DNA from: Crocinitomicaceae bacterium
Lineage (GTDB): Bacteria; Bacteroidota; Bacteroidia; Flavobacteriales_D; Crocinitomicaceae
Direction of reading: 5' to 3'
DNA length: 64,000 nucleotides
NCBI GenBank assembly: GCA_047630755.1
Contig: JBLHYG010000019.1
Span: 21,239-85,238, forward strand
Part shown: in pieces, positions 49,015 through 60,114 of the stretch
How the letters are laid out: each line of letters starts with the position of its first letter
How positions within the stretch are numbered: the first letter of the stretch is position 1
Position numbers and translations under genes: made by a program
Notes under the pieces: model-generated
The model's input: the letters and a program-made list of their open reading frames with translations, nothing else
Database searches by the model: none
What the model was told of the DNA's origin: nothing

Positions 49015-50474
49015 TCAAGGTCGCAATCGTTTTGATTTTTCCATTCTCAATGTTTGGGCAGATCAATTATTTGAAGCATTATTCCAATAGTGGTTATGAT
49101 GCGGGATATGGAATTGTTCAATTGGAAGATAGCAGTTACACAATATGTGGTATGTCGAGTAGTTTCAATAATGGACCTTCTCAAGCATTTATGATGCGCG
49201 TTGATAGTCTCGGAAATTATATGTGGTCGCATCAATATGGCGGTTTTGAATCAGAGTCTGCAAGGCGAATAATGTACAAAAAGAACTTTGGGTATTTCCT
49301 TGCTGGATATACGAATTCGATGGGCAACGGAGCCTTTGATTACTACCTCGTAAAGACAGATGAAAACGGAGTTAAGGAGTGGGAAAAGACTTACGGTACT
49401 GATGGGTGGGAGAAGGTGAATGATGCAGCTCTAACAAGAGACACCGGAGTGATAATGGTTGGAGAAACCAATTCTGATATCGCGAGTGGTAAAGATATGT
49501 ATATCGTGCGTACGGATAAAAGTGGAGATACACTTTGGACAAAAACATTTGGCGATGTTGGTCCGGATAGAGCCACTTGTATTGAACGATATAATGATTC
49601 GTTGTTCGTTATTGGAGGGAACAAGTGGGTTCAAGATTCACTGAGAACTAAAGTGATGTTGATCTATTTAAAAGATGATGGAACAATCATTGATTTAGAT
49701 ACGCTTGTGAACGGGGCAGGAAGTTGGGAGCTAAATGACTTTACTTTGTCGAATGACACGCTTTCTGGAGTTGGATTTCAACAAGATGACCCCAGTTCCA
49801 TGAAGGAAATGGCTTTGTTTTTATTCAAAGTATCGCCAACTGCTACTGCAGCGATAGGTTATTATTCCCAGTTTGCAGCGGGAAACACTATTGGTGAACA
49901 AATCTCTACTTATGGAGACGGAACCAGTCAGTATGCAAGTTTGTCGAATGCAGATCATGTCAATGCTTTTGAACCCGGTCCAGATGTGTTGATTGCGAAG
50001 TATGGATCTACCTTGATTTGGCAAGGACAAGTTGCCCAAATTGCAGAAGTACAACCCGACGCATGTGGAGAGATTATTCCAGCAAGTGATGGTGGAGCTG
50101 CGGCCGTGGGTTATCGCGAGGGAATAGGTGAGGGAGGAGGTTCTATTTTTCTTTTGAAAATTGGACCCAATGAAGTTTATCCAACAACGTTAGGTGTCAC
50201 TTTTTATTCTGACTTGGTAGCTGTGGAGTCCATTCAAATGATTGAGAGTTTGGAAGTGTTTCCTAATCCTGCTTCAACGTCATTTACCGTGAAGTCTCTT
50301 CCTCAAGATTCGTATGAAATAATGATTTCAAATAACATGGGACAAATTGTAAGAACGGTTTCAGTGGTTGGAACCAATTCAATCGATGTCTCAGATTTGG
50401 CATCTGGAATTTATACATTGATTTTTAATGAAGGAGGAGCACCGGTTGGCTCTTATAGATTGGTAATTCAGTAG
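49002..50474 (+). CDS. secreted beta-propeller-like protein with T9SS type A C-terminal sorting domain
   Basis: Signal peptide present. Repeated (Y/F)xxxGYTNSxGNG / YLVKTDENG / YIVRTDKSGDTLW blades. The C-terminus reads VFPNPASTSFTVKS...GIYTLIFNEGGAPVGSYRLVIQ. Confidence 0.72.
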   Translation: MHNLIKVAIVLIFPFSMFGQINYLKHYSNSGYDAGYGIVQLEDSSYTICGMSSSFNNGPSQAFMMRVDSLGNYMWSHQYGGFESESARRIMYKKNFGYFLAGYTNSMGNGAFDYYLVKTDENGVKEWEKTYGTDGWEKVNDAALTRDTGVIMVGETNSDIASGKDMYIVRTDKSGDTLWTKTFGDVGPDRATCIERYNDSLFVIGGNKWVQDSLRTKVMLIYLKDDGTIIDLDTLVNGAGSWELNDFTLSNDTLSGVGFQQDDPSSMKEMALFLFKVSPTATAAIGYYSQFAAGNTIGEQISTYGDGTSQYASLSNADHVNAFEPGPDVLIAKYGSTLIWQGQVAQIAEVQPDACGEIIPASDGGAAAVGYREGIGEGGGSIFLLKIGPNEVYPTTLGVTFYSDLVAVESIQMIESLEVFPNPASTSFTVKSLPQDSYEIMISNNMGQIVRTVSVVGTNSIDVSDLASGIYTLIFNEGGAPVGSYRLVIQ

Positions 50475-50475
50475 T

Positions 50476-50994
50476 CTACCACTCAAAAGCTTTCTCGCTA
50501 AACCACTTGCCTTGAACACGCATGGTTTGTTCAATTACATCACGTACACAATGTCGACCTCCGATGTGTGGAGACTGGTAGTCACAGATTTCTTTTATTT
50601 CAACAGCGGCATCTTGAGGGCATGACGACACGCCGACAATTTGCAGTAATTGATAGTCGGGAATGTCATCTCCCATGTAAAGAACTTCTTCATCTTCGAA
50701 GCCGTACTTTTTCTTGAGAGTAGCGTAAACATCTACTTTTTTGTGGGCTCGCATGCATACTTCAGTCACACCAAGAGTTATCAATCTTTCCTTAATAGCC
50801 TCAGAGTTCCCACCTGTAATAATCAAAATACGGTACCCCATCTTCGAGGCAAATTGAAGCGCATAACCATCTCTGGAATTTAAGGTACGAACAACCTCGT
50901 CTTTGTACATCATTACGCTCCCGTCTGTCAAAACTCCATCGACGTCAAAAATGAAAGTTGTTACTGGATTTAATTTTTCTTTATAGCTTGTCAT
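50476..50994 (-). CDS. kdsC: 3-deoxy-D-manno-octulosonate 8-phosphate phosphatase (HAD superfamily)
   Basis: FDVDGVLTDG HAD motif I and a KdsC-like length of 172 aa. Confidence 0.78.
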   Translation of the reverse strand: MTSYKEKLNPVTTFIFDVDGVLTDGSVMMYKDEVVRTLNSRDGYALQFASKMGYRILIITGGNSEAIKERLITLGVTEVCMRAHKKVDVYATLKKKYGFEDEEVLYMGDDIPDYQLLQIVGVSSCPQDAAVEIKEICDYQSPHIGGRHCVRDVIEQTMRVQGKWFSEKAFEW

Positions 50995-51754
50995 TCTTTG
51001 GATATGTGTTTTTAATACTTTCTGTAATAAGTTTGTAAATCTCCTGACTCGACCCTTCCAATGAACTCAGATGGTCTTCAATTGTTTGTTGGTCGCCTCT
51101 TCTGGCAGGCCCCGTTTGAGCATTAAAAGGAGTATCGCTCTTCAATTTATTCACCGTTTCATATAAAAGCGGTAAGAAATGCTTAAAATCAATATTGTGC
51201 TCGTCCGAGTAGGTTTTTGCCTGGTGTAAAATATGATTCGTAAAATTATTTACCATTACCGCCGCAACATGCATATTTTTTCGCTCTGTCGATGAGGCCA
51301 AATTTACATTATCACTTATGGTCGAGGCCAATTTCATAAGACGGTTGCTGAAGTCAGTATTCGTTGCTTCGATGAAAAATGGGACCTCGGAAATTTTTAC
51401 TTCACTGCCTTTTGTAAATGTTTGTAACGGATAAAAAACACCGAGGTCTTTTCGTTTCGGTAAATTGTTGATTTGAATCGATCCAGAAGTATAAGCCGCT
51501 GGGATTGATTCATCCAATTGATTTAGGACTTTACCGATCGCTTCGTCTCTTACACAAACAATTGTAAGTTGGTCTTTCGGTAAATTTTCAATTGTGCTAA
51601 CGGCAGCGCCAATCTCGTTGGCCAATTCCAAATCAGATTGCGCGTTGTGACCCGAGATATGTGTTACTTCAACACCAACTTTCGACAATTCTTTTGCCAA
51701 ATGATGTCCCACATTTCCCGAACCAATGATTGATATTTTATTTGCGTTTAGCAC
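50981..51754 (-). CDS. Rossmann-like plus DUF2520-domain protein (predicted NADP-dependent oxidoreductase)
   Basis: N-terminal ISIIGSGNVGHHLAKEL Rossmann motif; 257 aa. Confidence 0.7.
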   Translation of the reverse strand: MLNANKISIIGSGNVGHHLAKELSKVGVEVTHISGHNAQSDLELANEIGAAVSTIENLPKDQLTIVCVRDEAIGKVLNQLDESIPAAYTSGSIQINNLPKRKDLGVFYPLQTFTKGSEVKISEVPFFIEATNTDFSNRLMKLASTISDNVNLASSTERKNMHVAAVMVNNFTNHILHQAKTYSDEHNIDFKHFLPLLYETVNKLKSDTPFNAQTGPARRGDQQTIEDHLSSLEGSSQEIYKLITESIKNTYPKNDKL

Positions 51755-51781
51755 GGTTCAAAGATACTTTATTTCACGCAT

Positions 51782-51813
51782 AAAAAAAGCCTGAATCTTT
51801 CGAAACAGGCTTC
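51782..51813 (-). terminator. rho-independent terminator downstream of secA
   Basis: GCCTG-AATCTTTCGAAA-CAGGC hairpin. On the minus strand it is followed by a T7 run. Confidence 0.55.
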
Positions 51814-51862
51814 AATATATTAATCGCTTCTACCGCTAATCGAGCGAAGTCGCGTTCGTAAT

Positions 51863-54800
51863 TTACTTACCGTGACATTGCTTGAATTTCTTTCCACTTC
51901 CACAAGGACAAGCATCGTTTCTTCCTGTTTTCTTTTCAACCGAAACCGGCGTTTGTTTTACAGGAGGTCTGTTTCCGCCAGAACTACGAATCGCCTCATC
52001 ATAACCTTCTCTTCCAGAAGATGCTTCTTCTTGATTGTTTGATGTTGCAGAATTTCCGTAATTGCTTTGTGATGTGATCTCTTTATTTGTACTCTTAATA
52101 TCAGTTGATACTGGAATATCCAATTTTGTTAAAAGCTCAATTGTTTCGGTGTTCAATCGTGCTAACATTCCCTTAAACAACTCAAAAGATTCCAATTTAT
52201 AAACCAATAATGGATCTTTTTGCTCGTATTGCGCATTGTGCACTGCAGAGCGTAAGTCATCCATTTCACGTAAATGCTCTTTCCATTCATTATCGATTCT
52301 ATCCAAGATGATATTTTTCTCAAATTTGTTCGAAATAATTGCCCCTTCAGAATTGTACGCCTCTTCTAAGTTAATTACCAATTGAATTTCTTTTTTACCG
52401 TCCGTTAATGGGAAAACAATATTTTGGTATTGATCCGACATCGTCTCGTGGACATGCTTAATCTGAGGCATTGCCTTTTCAACGATCTTCGCATTTTTTC
52501 TGTCGTAAGATTTTCTTAATCCTTCGTAAACTTTATTGGTAATTACGTTATCGTCTTCGCGTTCAAATTCTTCAGGAGTAACTGGAGATGAAATTCCAAC
52601 CACACGAAGTAATTCTAATTCGAACTCATTGTATTGTGTTTTAGTATGCGAAACAACAATTGATTCACTTACATCATACAACATGTTGTCAACATCGATA
52701 TCCAAACGTTCTCCGAACAATGCATTTTTACGTTTTCTGTAAACCGCCTTACGTTGAGCATTCATTACATCATCGTACTCAAGCAATCTCTTACGACTAC
52801 CGAAGTTGTTTTCCTCAACTTTTTTCTGCGCTCTTTCGATTGACTTAGAGACCATACTGTGGGTAATAACTTCACCTTCCTTAAGTCCCATTCTATCCAT
52901 AAGCTTCGCGATTCTTTCCGAACCAAACTTACGCATCAAACCATCTTCAAGAGAAACGAAGAATTGAGAAGATCCTGGATCACCTTGACGACCAGCACGA
53001 CCTCTTAACTGTCTATCGACACGTCTCGAATCGTGACGTTCCGTACCAATAATGGCAAGTCCACCAGCTTCAATAACACCTTCGCCCAATTTAATATCGG
53101 TACCACGACCGGCCATGTTCGTCGCAATCGTTACGGCTCCAGCTTTACCTGCTCCCGCTACAATTTCAGCCTCACGTTGGTGTTGTTTTGCATTCAGTAC
53201 TTCATGTTTAATACCTTTCATTTGCAACATTCGGCCAAGAAGCTCCGAAATGTCTACTGTCGTTGTACCAACAAGTACAGGTCGTTTGGCTTCAACTAAT
53301 TTTTCTATCTCTTCAATAACTGCAGTGAATTTCTCTCTGGCCGTCTTGAAAACAAAATCATTATCATCTTTTCTTTGAATCGGACGGTTTGTTGGTATAA
53401 CAATAACCTCTAATTCATAAATGTCCCAGAATTCTTTCGCCTCTGTTTCCGCCGTACCCGTCATCCCAGCAAGCTTGTGGTACATTCTAAAGTAATTCTG
53501 TAAAGTAATCGTCGCGTACGTTTGAGTCGCAGCTTCAACTGTTACATCTTCCTTTGCCTCAATCGCTTGGTGCAATCCATCAGAGTAACGACGGCCTTCC
53601 ATGATACGTCCAGTAGATTCATCAACGATTTTGACTTTTCCATCCATGATTACATATTCAACTTCTTTTTCGAAAAGAGCGTATGCTTTCAATAATTGGT
53701 TAATCGAGTGAATTCTTTCTGACTTAACACTATAATCTCTAATAAGGATGTCTTTCTTTTCCAAGAAAGCATCTGGCGTCATTCCTTCAGCTTCTAGTTT
53801 GGCAATTTCCAAACCGATATCTGGCATAATGAAAAAGTCACGATCATCGCTTCCTGAGATCAAATCAATTCCTTTACCCGTAAGTTCAATGGTGTTGTTT
53901 TTCTCCTCGATGACGAAGAATAATTCGACATCAATCTTTTTCATGTGCTTACCTTGCTCTTGCATGTAGAAGTTTTCAGTCTTCTGCAAATGCGCCTTAA
54001 TTCCAGGCTCAGATAAGTATTTAATAAGTGCTTTGTTTCTTGGGAAACCTCTATGCGCTCTCAATAAGGCTTTTCCGCCTTCTTCGAGCATCACCTTTGG
54101 ATCTTGTCCTTCAGGAATTTCACCGTTAAGAACAACCAGGTTTTTCTTTGCATCAACCAAACACTGTGTAACGAATTTTCGCTGAACGGCAACAATGTTT
54201 TCAATACGTGGCTTCAACTGATAAAACTCGTGTTCGTCACCACGTGGAGTAGGACCAGAAATAATCAAAGGTGTTCTCGCATCATCAATCAGAACTGAAT
54301 CGACCTCATCAATAATTGCATAATGGTGTTTTTGTTGAACAAGATCGTCTGGACTACCTGCCATATTGTCACGGAGGTAATCAAAACCAAATTCATTGTT
54401 CGTTCCAAAAATCACATCTGATAAATAGGCTTGCTTTCTTTCTGCTGAATTCGGTTGGTGCTTATCAATGCAATCAACTGTAAGTCCGTGGAACTGGTAC
54501 ATCGGTCCCATCCACTCAGAATCACGTTTTGCCAAGTAATCATTCACTGTTACAATGTGAACACCTTTACCAGACAATGCGTTTAAGTATACAGGAAGCG
54601 TTGCTACCAATGTTTTTCCTTCACCAGTCATCATCTCAGCGATGTTTCCTTTGTGAAGAACACCACCACCCATTAATTGAACATCGTAGTGAACCATGTT
54701 CCAAGAAACAGGAGCGCCAGCAGCAGTCCATTCGTTGTGCCAAATCGCTTTGCCGTTCTCAATTGTAATTCCATCCTTTTTAGATGCCAATTCAATATCA

Positions 54801-55204
54801 AAATCGAGTGCTGTAACTTCCAGCTGACCGTTCTCCTTCCAACGACGAGCCGTTTCTTTAACAACCGCAAAAGCCTCAGGACGAATAGTCTCAAGAACTT
54901 CTTCGATTTTAGCATCTATTTTCCCAGTCATCTTATCGATGCTTTCAAATAGCTCTTCTTTCTCGTGTATCGGAGTAGATAAATCAGCTGCTTTTTTGTT
55001 CAAAGCTTCTAATTCGTTCTCTAAATTTGCAGTTGCCTGTGAAATTACTTCTTTAAAGGCTGCTGTTTTTGCACGCAGTTCATCGTCAGATAAACCTTGC
55101 AATTGAGCGAAAGCAGCATTCGCCTGATCGATTGACGGCTGGTAAGCCTTTCTGTCCTTAACGGACTTATCACCGAAAAGTTTCTTTAATAAATTTGAAG
55201 CCAT
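51863..55204 (-). CDS. secA: preprotein translocase ATPase SecA
   Basis: 1113 aa. DEAD-like motor motifs and the C-terminal zinc-binding tail CPCGSGKKFKQCHGK. Confidence 0.95.
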   Translation of the reverse strand: MASNLLKKLFGDKSVKDRKAYQPSIDQANAAFAQLQGLSDDELRAKTAAFKEVISQATANLENELEALNKKAADLSTPIHEKEELFESIDKMTGKIDAKIEEVLETIRPEAFAVVKETARRWKENGQLEVTALDFDIELASKKDGITIENGKAIWHNEWTAAGAPVSWNMVHYDVQLMGGGVLHKGNIAEMMTGEGKTLVATLPVYLNALSGKGVHIVTVNDYLAKRDSEWMGPMYQFHGLTVDCIDKHQPNSAERKQAYLSDVIFGTNNEFGFDYLRDNMAGSPDDLVQQKHHYAIIDEVDSVLIDDARTPLIISGPTPRGDEHEFYQLKPRIENIVAVQRKFVTQCLVDAKKNLVVLNGEIPEGQDPKVMLEEGGKALLRAHRGFPRNKALIKYLSEPGIKAHLQKTENFYMQEQGKHMKKIDVELFFVIEEKNNTIELTGKGIDLISGSDDRDFFIMPDIGLEIAKLEAEGMTPDAFLEKKDILIRDYSVKSERIHSINQLLKAYALFEKEVEYVIMDGKVKIVDESTGRIMEGRRYSDGLHQAIEAKEDVTVEAATQTYATITLQNYFRMYHKLAGMTGTAETEAKEFWDIYELEVIVIPTNRPIQRKDDNDFVFKTAREKFTAVIEEIEKLVEAKRPVLVGTTTVDISELLGRMLQMKGIKHEVLNAKQHQREAEIVAGAGKAGAVTIATNMAGRGTDIKLGEGVIEAGGLAIIGTERHDSRRVDRQLRGRAGRQGDPGSSQFFVSLEDGLMRKFGSERIAKLMDRMGLKEGEVITHSMVSKSIERAQKKVEENNFGSRKRLLEYDDVMNAQRKAVYRKRKNALFGERLDIDVDNMLYDVSESIVVSHTKTQYNEFELELLRVVGISSPVTPEEFEREDDNVITNKVYEGLRKSYDRKNAKIVEKAMPQIKHVHETMSDQYQNIVFPLTDGKKEIQLVINLEEAYNSEGAIISNKFEKNIILDRIDNEWKEHLREMDDLRSAVHNAQYEQKDPLLVYKLESFELFKGMLARLNTETIELLTKLDIPVSTDIKSTNKEITSQSNYGNSATSNNQEEASSGREGYDEAIRSSGGNRPPVKQTPVSVEKKTGRNDACPCGSGKKFKQCHGK

Positions 55205-55687
55205 ATAATAATTAAAAATCGAAGTCGTAAAAATAACAATTTCCCACTCCTTCTAGTAGCGTTTGTGTTCTATTTTGAATGGATTCGTCATAAATTATTC
55301 CAACTTGTTCTTTTCTGACAAATTGTCTATTAACCTGAATTCGATTCTTAAATAAAGTCAGAATGTATAGAAGTATTTGGTTGCAAAGATTAATTTCAGG
55401 GAGATAGCGAGCACCACGTAGTAGCACCGAAGGTAATCTTTCTGGAAATTAAGCGAAGTAAACGAGTGCTTTTCTACATTGTTTTAATCCGTTTCACTAG
55501 AAAACATCTGTCTTCTTCACTTTTATTCCTCGAAATAACCCGTTATTCCTTTAATCTAAAATCTCGAAGCCAACTATTTTCAAGCGATCTGACAAAATTT
55601 AAGAATCGAATTCAGGTTATTAAAAATGTTGACAAAAAACGATAAACAATATAAAGCAAATAGAAGTATTCACATTATCTTTGCGCC

Positions 55688-57220
55688 ATGCATGAAAAGA
55701 TTTTAATCCTAGATTTCGGTTCTCAATATACCCAGCTGATTGCCAGAAGAGTACGTGAACTCAATATTTACTGTGAAATTCATCCTTGGAACAAGTGTCC
55801 AGAAATTACTGGAAATTGGAAAGGTGTTGTCCTTTCTGGAAGCCCGTTTTCGGTGAGAGATGAAGCTTCTCCGAAACCAGATTTGTCTGAAATTAAAGGA
55901 AAGCTTCCTTTGTTGGGGGTTTGTTTTGGAGCGCAATATTTGGCCCATAATTTTGGAGGGGAAGTAGCTCCTTCGTCAACAAGAGAGTACGGAAGAGCGA
56001 ATTTAACTTATGTTGATTCGAGTAATGTGTTGACAAAAGGGATGACAGCTAATTCACAAGTTTGGATGTCTCATGGCGATACGATAAAGGAAATGCCTTC
56101 CGGTTTTAAAACGATAGCAAGTACAACAGATGTTGAGTTCGCTGGATTTGAAGTTGAAGGAGAAGAAACCTTTGGAATTCAATTTCACCCAGAAGTATAT
56201 CATTCTACAGAAGGAGCAATTTTATTAAAGAATTTCCTAGTTGGCGTTTGTGGATGTGCTCAAGATTGGACACCAGATTCATTTGTTGATGAAACAGTAA
56301 AGAAACTTCAAGATAAAATCGGAACGGATAAAGTGATCTTAGGATTGTCCGGTGGTGTTGATTCTTCTGTTGCAGCTGTTCTTTTGCACAAAGCAATTGG
56401 TTCAAATTTACATTGTATTTTCGTTGATAACGGACTTTTAAGAAAGAATGAATTTGAATCTGTTCTTGAATCTTATCAAGGAATGGGCTTGAATGTTAAA
56501 GGTGTTAATGCAAGCGAAGATTTCTATAGCGAATTAGCAGGACTTACAGATCCAGAAGAGAAAAGAAAGGCCATCGGAAAAGTATTCGTCGATGTTTTCG
56601 ATTCTGAATCTAAACTTGTTGACGACGCAAAGTGGTTAGGACAGGGAACAATTTATCCAGATGTTATTGAGTCAGTTTCTGTTTCTGGTGGACCGAGTCA
56701 AACAATTAAATCACACCACAATGTTGGTGGATTGCCAGATTATATGAAATTAAAAGTCGTAGAGCCTTTGAAATTATTGTTCAAAGACGAAGTGAGAAGA
56801 ATTGGTAAATCTCTCGGGATTGATCCTAATATATTGGGGCGTCATCCTTTCCCAGGTCCAGGACTTGGAATTCGGATTTTAGGAGACGTTACAAAAGAGA
56901 AAGTGGCTATTTTGCAAGAAGTGGATCATATTTTTATCTCTACATTGAAAGAAGATGGATTGTATGATGATGTATGGCAAGCCGGTGCGATTTTCTTGCC
57001 GATTCAATCTGTTGGAGTGATGGGAGACGAAAGGACGTATGAAAATGCAGTTGCCTTAAGAGCTGTTTCATCTACTGATGGAATGACTGCAGACTGGTGT
57101 CATTTGCCTTATGAATTTTTGGCAAAAGTCTCAAACAGGATAATTAACCAAGTGAAAGGTATCAATAGAGTGACTTACGACATTAGTTCGAAGCCTCCTG
57201 CAACCATTGAATGGGAGTAA
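55688..57220 (+). CDS. guaA: GMP synthase (glutamine-hydrolysing)
   Basis: GATase catalytic Cys (LGVCFGAQ), ATP-PPase P-loop SGGVDSSV and the C-terminal dimerisation domain; 510 aa. Confidence 0.95.
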   Translation: MHEKILILDFGSQYTQLIARRVRELNIYCEIHPWNKCPEITGNWKGVVLSGSPFSVRDEASPKPDLSEIKGKLPLLGVCFGAQYLAHNFGGEVAPSSTREYGRANLTYVDSSNVLTKGMTANSQVWMSHGDTIKEMPSGFKTIASTTDVEFAGFEVEGEETFGIQFHPEVYHSTEGAILLKNFLVGVCGCAQDWTPDSFVDETVKKLQDKIGTDKVILGLSGGVDSSVAAVLLHKAIGSNLHCIFVDNGLLRKNEFESVLESYQGMGLNVKGVNASEDFYSELAGLTDPEEKRKAIGKVFVDVFDSESKLVDDAKWLGQGTIYPDVIESVSVSGGPSQTIKSHHNVGGLPDYMKLKVVEPLKLLFKDEVRRIGKSLGIDPNILGRHPFPGPGLGIRILGDVTKEKVAILQEVDHIFISTLKEDGLYDDVWQAGAIFLPIQSVGVMGDERTYENAVALRAVSSTDGMTADWCHLPYEFLAKVSNRIINQVKGINRVTYDISSKPPATIEWE

Positions 57221-57269
57221 TGTTGTGTCTGGCACATGAATTGTAAATCCAATTCTGTAAATTTGAACT

Positions 57270-59078
57270 ATGCGTACTATTATATTTCTTTTTGTTCTAT
57301 TAAGCTCGTCTCAGTCATTCGCTCAGCCGGGTGTTGCACCTCAAAAGGAAGTTGGTGGTGTGATGAGTTATATTCACACCGTTGAACCTGGTAATACTTT
57401 ATGGGGGCTCCAACAGATGTATGGAGTGAAAGTGGAGGATATTATGAGCAACAATCCTAACTTGAACGAAGGTTTAAGTGTTGGTCAAAAAATTATTATT
57501 CCTGTTCCAAATTACGTTAAACCATTACCGGAAACATCAAAATATAAGGTGAAAAAAGGGGAGACGCTGTACGGACTTTCTCGAAAATTCAATACCACTG
57601 TTGATGAATTAATAAAAATCAATCCAGAATTATCTGAAGGATTGAAAAAAGGACAGTTAATCCAAGTTCCGGGTAAAATTGAACCTGAGATCGCTGCAGA
57701 GATTGAACCAGAAATTATTGATGAGCCCGTTCCGAATCCATTTGTTGCAGATACCATAGTAGAAACGCAAGAAACTGTTACGGTTTCTTTCAGCGATTCG
57801 ATTGTTCGACATAGCGTTATGTCACACGAGACAATGTATAGCATTTCAAAACGCTTCATGGTTTCCATCGAAAAAATTATGGAAATAAATAAATTGAGTA
57901 CTACTCGATTGTCAGAAGGCCAAGTCCTTATCATTCCAGTTAAAAGTGAACGAATTACAAAAGTTCCAGTTAAGCCGGTTCCGGATGTATACGATCCAGA
58001 CGATAATGAACCACTTATTTTTGACATTAAGAAGAGGTATAAAATTGCTGTAATTCTTCCATTGCATTTGGATTATGGACCAGGATATTCGAAGTATGTT
58101 TCGAGCGCTGCAACGCAATATTATATGGGAGCCTCAATGGCCTTAGATAGCTTGAAAGCAATGGGCTTGAATGCCGATGTTCATTTCTTTGATTCGAAAA
58201 ATGATTCTGCGACGGTTCAAGCTTTAGTTAATGGAAGTGAATTCCTAGATGTTGATCTCGTAATTGGTCCATTTTTTCCAAAAACTCAAGCTATTGTAGC
58301 GGAGTACTGTAAGAATAACAAGATTCGAATGGTTTGCCCAGTTTCTTCTGAATCCAAATTATTAGAGAAAAATAGGCTTGTTTATGCAAGTGTACCATCA
58401 AATATTACGTTGGTTACTGGATTGGCTCAATATGTTCTTAGAACGCACGCACAGGATAAGATCATTTTGGTAAAACCTACTGATAAGGATGATTTACCTT
58501 TGTATGAAGCATTTAGAAAATCGTTTAATGAATCTCCAGTTCTTGGAGAAAGTAGGCCTGCATTAAGAGAGACAACTATTGATGGGATGAAGTCTTACTT
58601 GGACAGAAGTTCAAAGAATATTATCATTATTCCAACTGTAGATAAAAACACTGGAGTTAAGTTTATGAATACCTTAAACCGATCATCTTTCAGAGCGAAA
58701 CCGGATGAGATTTACGTGTTTGCAATGAAGGAATGGGTTGATTTTACAGATATTAATAATATATACAAGAACAAGTTCAATTTGCATTTTGGCAGTCCAA
58801 ACTTCGTCGATTACTATACCGATGAAATGATTGAATTGAATAGGGCTTTTAGACGTGAGTACAATACGGATATGACCAAAATGGCTGTTCAGGCTTACGA
58901 TGTGTTTTTGTTCTATTGTTCAAATTTCTTTTTGGAGAATCAAAAACCGAATTTGATGATGAACAATTTCAGAATGGAACAAGTTTCCGAATCTGATGGC
59001 TATGAAAATCAGAACGTATTTATTGTAGAACAGGAAGAGTACGAATTAAGAGATAGCGAAAATCCGATTAATGACTAA
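57270..59078 (+). CDS. secreted LysM-repeat protein fused to a periplasmic substrate-binding-protein-like domain
   Basis: Signal peptide. Three or four LysM units (YIHTVEPGNTLWGLQQMYGV, YKVKKGETLYGLSRKFNT, HSVMSHETMYSISKRF). The C-terminal ~330 aa resemble type I periplasmic binding proteins. Confidence 0.7.
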   Translation: MRTIIFLFVLLSSSQSFAQPGVAPQKEVGGVMSYIHTVEPGNTLWGLQQMYGVKVEDIMSNNPNLNEGLSVGQKIIIPVPNYVKPLPETSKYKVKKGETLYGLSRKFNTTVDELIKINPELSEGLKKGQLIQVPGKIEPEIAAEIEPEIIDEPVPNPFVADTIVETQETVTVSFSDSIVRHSVMSHETMYSISKRFMVSIEKIMEINKLSTTRLSEGQVLIIPVKSERITKVPVKPVPDVYDPDDNEPLIFDIKKRYKIAVILPLHLDYGPGYSKYVSSAATQYYMGASMALDSLKAMGLNADVHFFDSKNDSATVQALVNGSEFLDVDLVIGPFFPKTQAIVAEYCKNNKIRMVCPVSSESKLLEKNRLVYASVPSNITLVTGLAQYVLRTHAQDKIILVKPTDKDDLPLYEAFRKSFNESPVLGESRPALRETTIDGMKSYLDRSSKNIIIIPTVDKNTGVKFMNTLNRSSFRAKPDEIYVFAMKEWVDFTDINNIYKNKFNLHFGSPNFVDYYTDEMIELNRAFRREYNTDMTKMAVQAYDVFLFYCSNFFLENQKPNLMMNNFRMEQVSESDGYENQNVFIVEQEEYELRDSENPIND

Positions 59079-59967
59079 GGAAAGTATAGCCAAATCTTTT
59101 CAAGATTTACAAGATCGAATTTGTTATGGGCTTGAACGCGTTGACGGAAAATCAAAATTTCAAGAAGATTTATGGACTAGAGCTGATGGCGGAGGAGGCA
59201 GAACTCGTACGATTGGAGGTGATGGGATCATAGAAAAAGGCGGGGTGAATTTTTCAGAAGTACACGGAAAGGTGACTGATATGATGAAAAAAAACACCGA
59301 AATTGATGGTGATTCATTTTTTGCTTCAGGCGTATCAATCGTAATTCACCCTCACAGTCCTCACCTTCCTATTATTCACATGAATGTTCGCTATTTTGAA
59401 CTGGATAATGGTAAATATTGGTTTGGTGGAGGGATTGACTTAACGCCCCACTATATTGTTCCTAACCAAGCGAAAGAATTTCATGTTGGATTGAAGGCAA
59501 TTTGTGATAAATACAATGTCAATTATTACCCTAAATTTAAGTCTTGGGCCGATGATTATTTCTTCTTACCTCACAGGGATGAAACACGTGGTGTAGGCGG
59601 CATTTTCTTCGACCATCTTCAAGAAGATGAAAACACTTCCAAAGAACAGCTGTTAAATTACTGTCTTGAGCTCGGAGATGCTTTTTCAGGCTTGTATGAG
59701 CATCAAGTAAATTGCGGTTTAAATGAGGCTGTATCAGAGCGTCAAATTGACTGGAGAAACACCAGAAGAGGGCGTTATGTGGAGTTCAATTTAGTGCACG
59801 ACAGAGGAACGAAATTTGGTCTTGTTTCTGGAGGAAGAACAGAGTCTATTTTAATGAGCTTACCTCCTGTGGCAAACTGGGAATATTGTAAAGAAATAGA
59901 GCCGAATTCTCAGGAGCAATTCACAATAGATAATTTGAGAAAAAACATTAATTGGGTAGAGAAGTAG
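59071..59967 (+). CDS. hemF: oxygen-dependent coproporphyrinogen-III oxidase
   Basis: HemF signatures RTRTIGGDGIIEKGGVNFS and GGGIDLTPHY; 298 aa. It overlaps the upstream gene by 8 bp. Confidence 0.88.
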   Translation: MTKESIAKSFQDLQDRICYGLERVDGKSKFQEDLWTRADGGGGRTRTIGGDGIIEKGGVNFSEVHGKVTDMMKKNTEIDGDSFFASGVSIVIHPHSPHLPIIHMNVRYFELDNGKYWFGGGIDLTPHYIVPNQAKEFHVGLKAICDKYNVNYYPKFKSWADDYFFLPHRDETRGVGGIFFDHLQEDENTSKEQLLNYCLELGDAFSGLYEHQVNCGLNEAVSERQIDWRNTRRGRYVEFNLVHDRGTKFGLVSGGRTESILMSLPPVANWEYCKEIEPNSQEQFTIDNLRKNINWVEK

Positions 59968-60114
59968 TTAGGCCCAGTTAAAATTCTAGATCGTTAAAAT
60001 TTTAAGAGAATATTATATTTTTGTTTGATTTTGGGCAACCTTATCTGGCTCAGTACGTTATTATGTATGAAGACCACAAGTCTTTATTAATTTATAGCAA
60101 AATAACTACTACTT

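Noticed and set aside
52536-54952. Several 60-110-aa ORFs on both strands
   Set aside because: All are embedded in the secA coding region, whose identity is unambiguous.
55212-55427. 71-aa minus-strand ORF directly upstream of secA
   Set aside because: It sits in the secA/guaA divergent promoter region. Its sequence is hydrophobic and junk-like, and it is unlikely to be coding.
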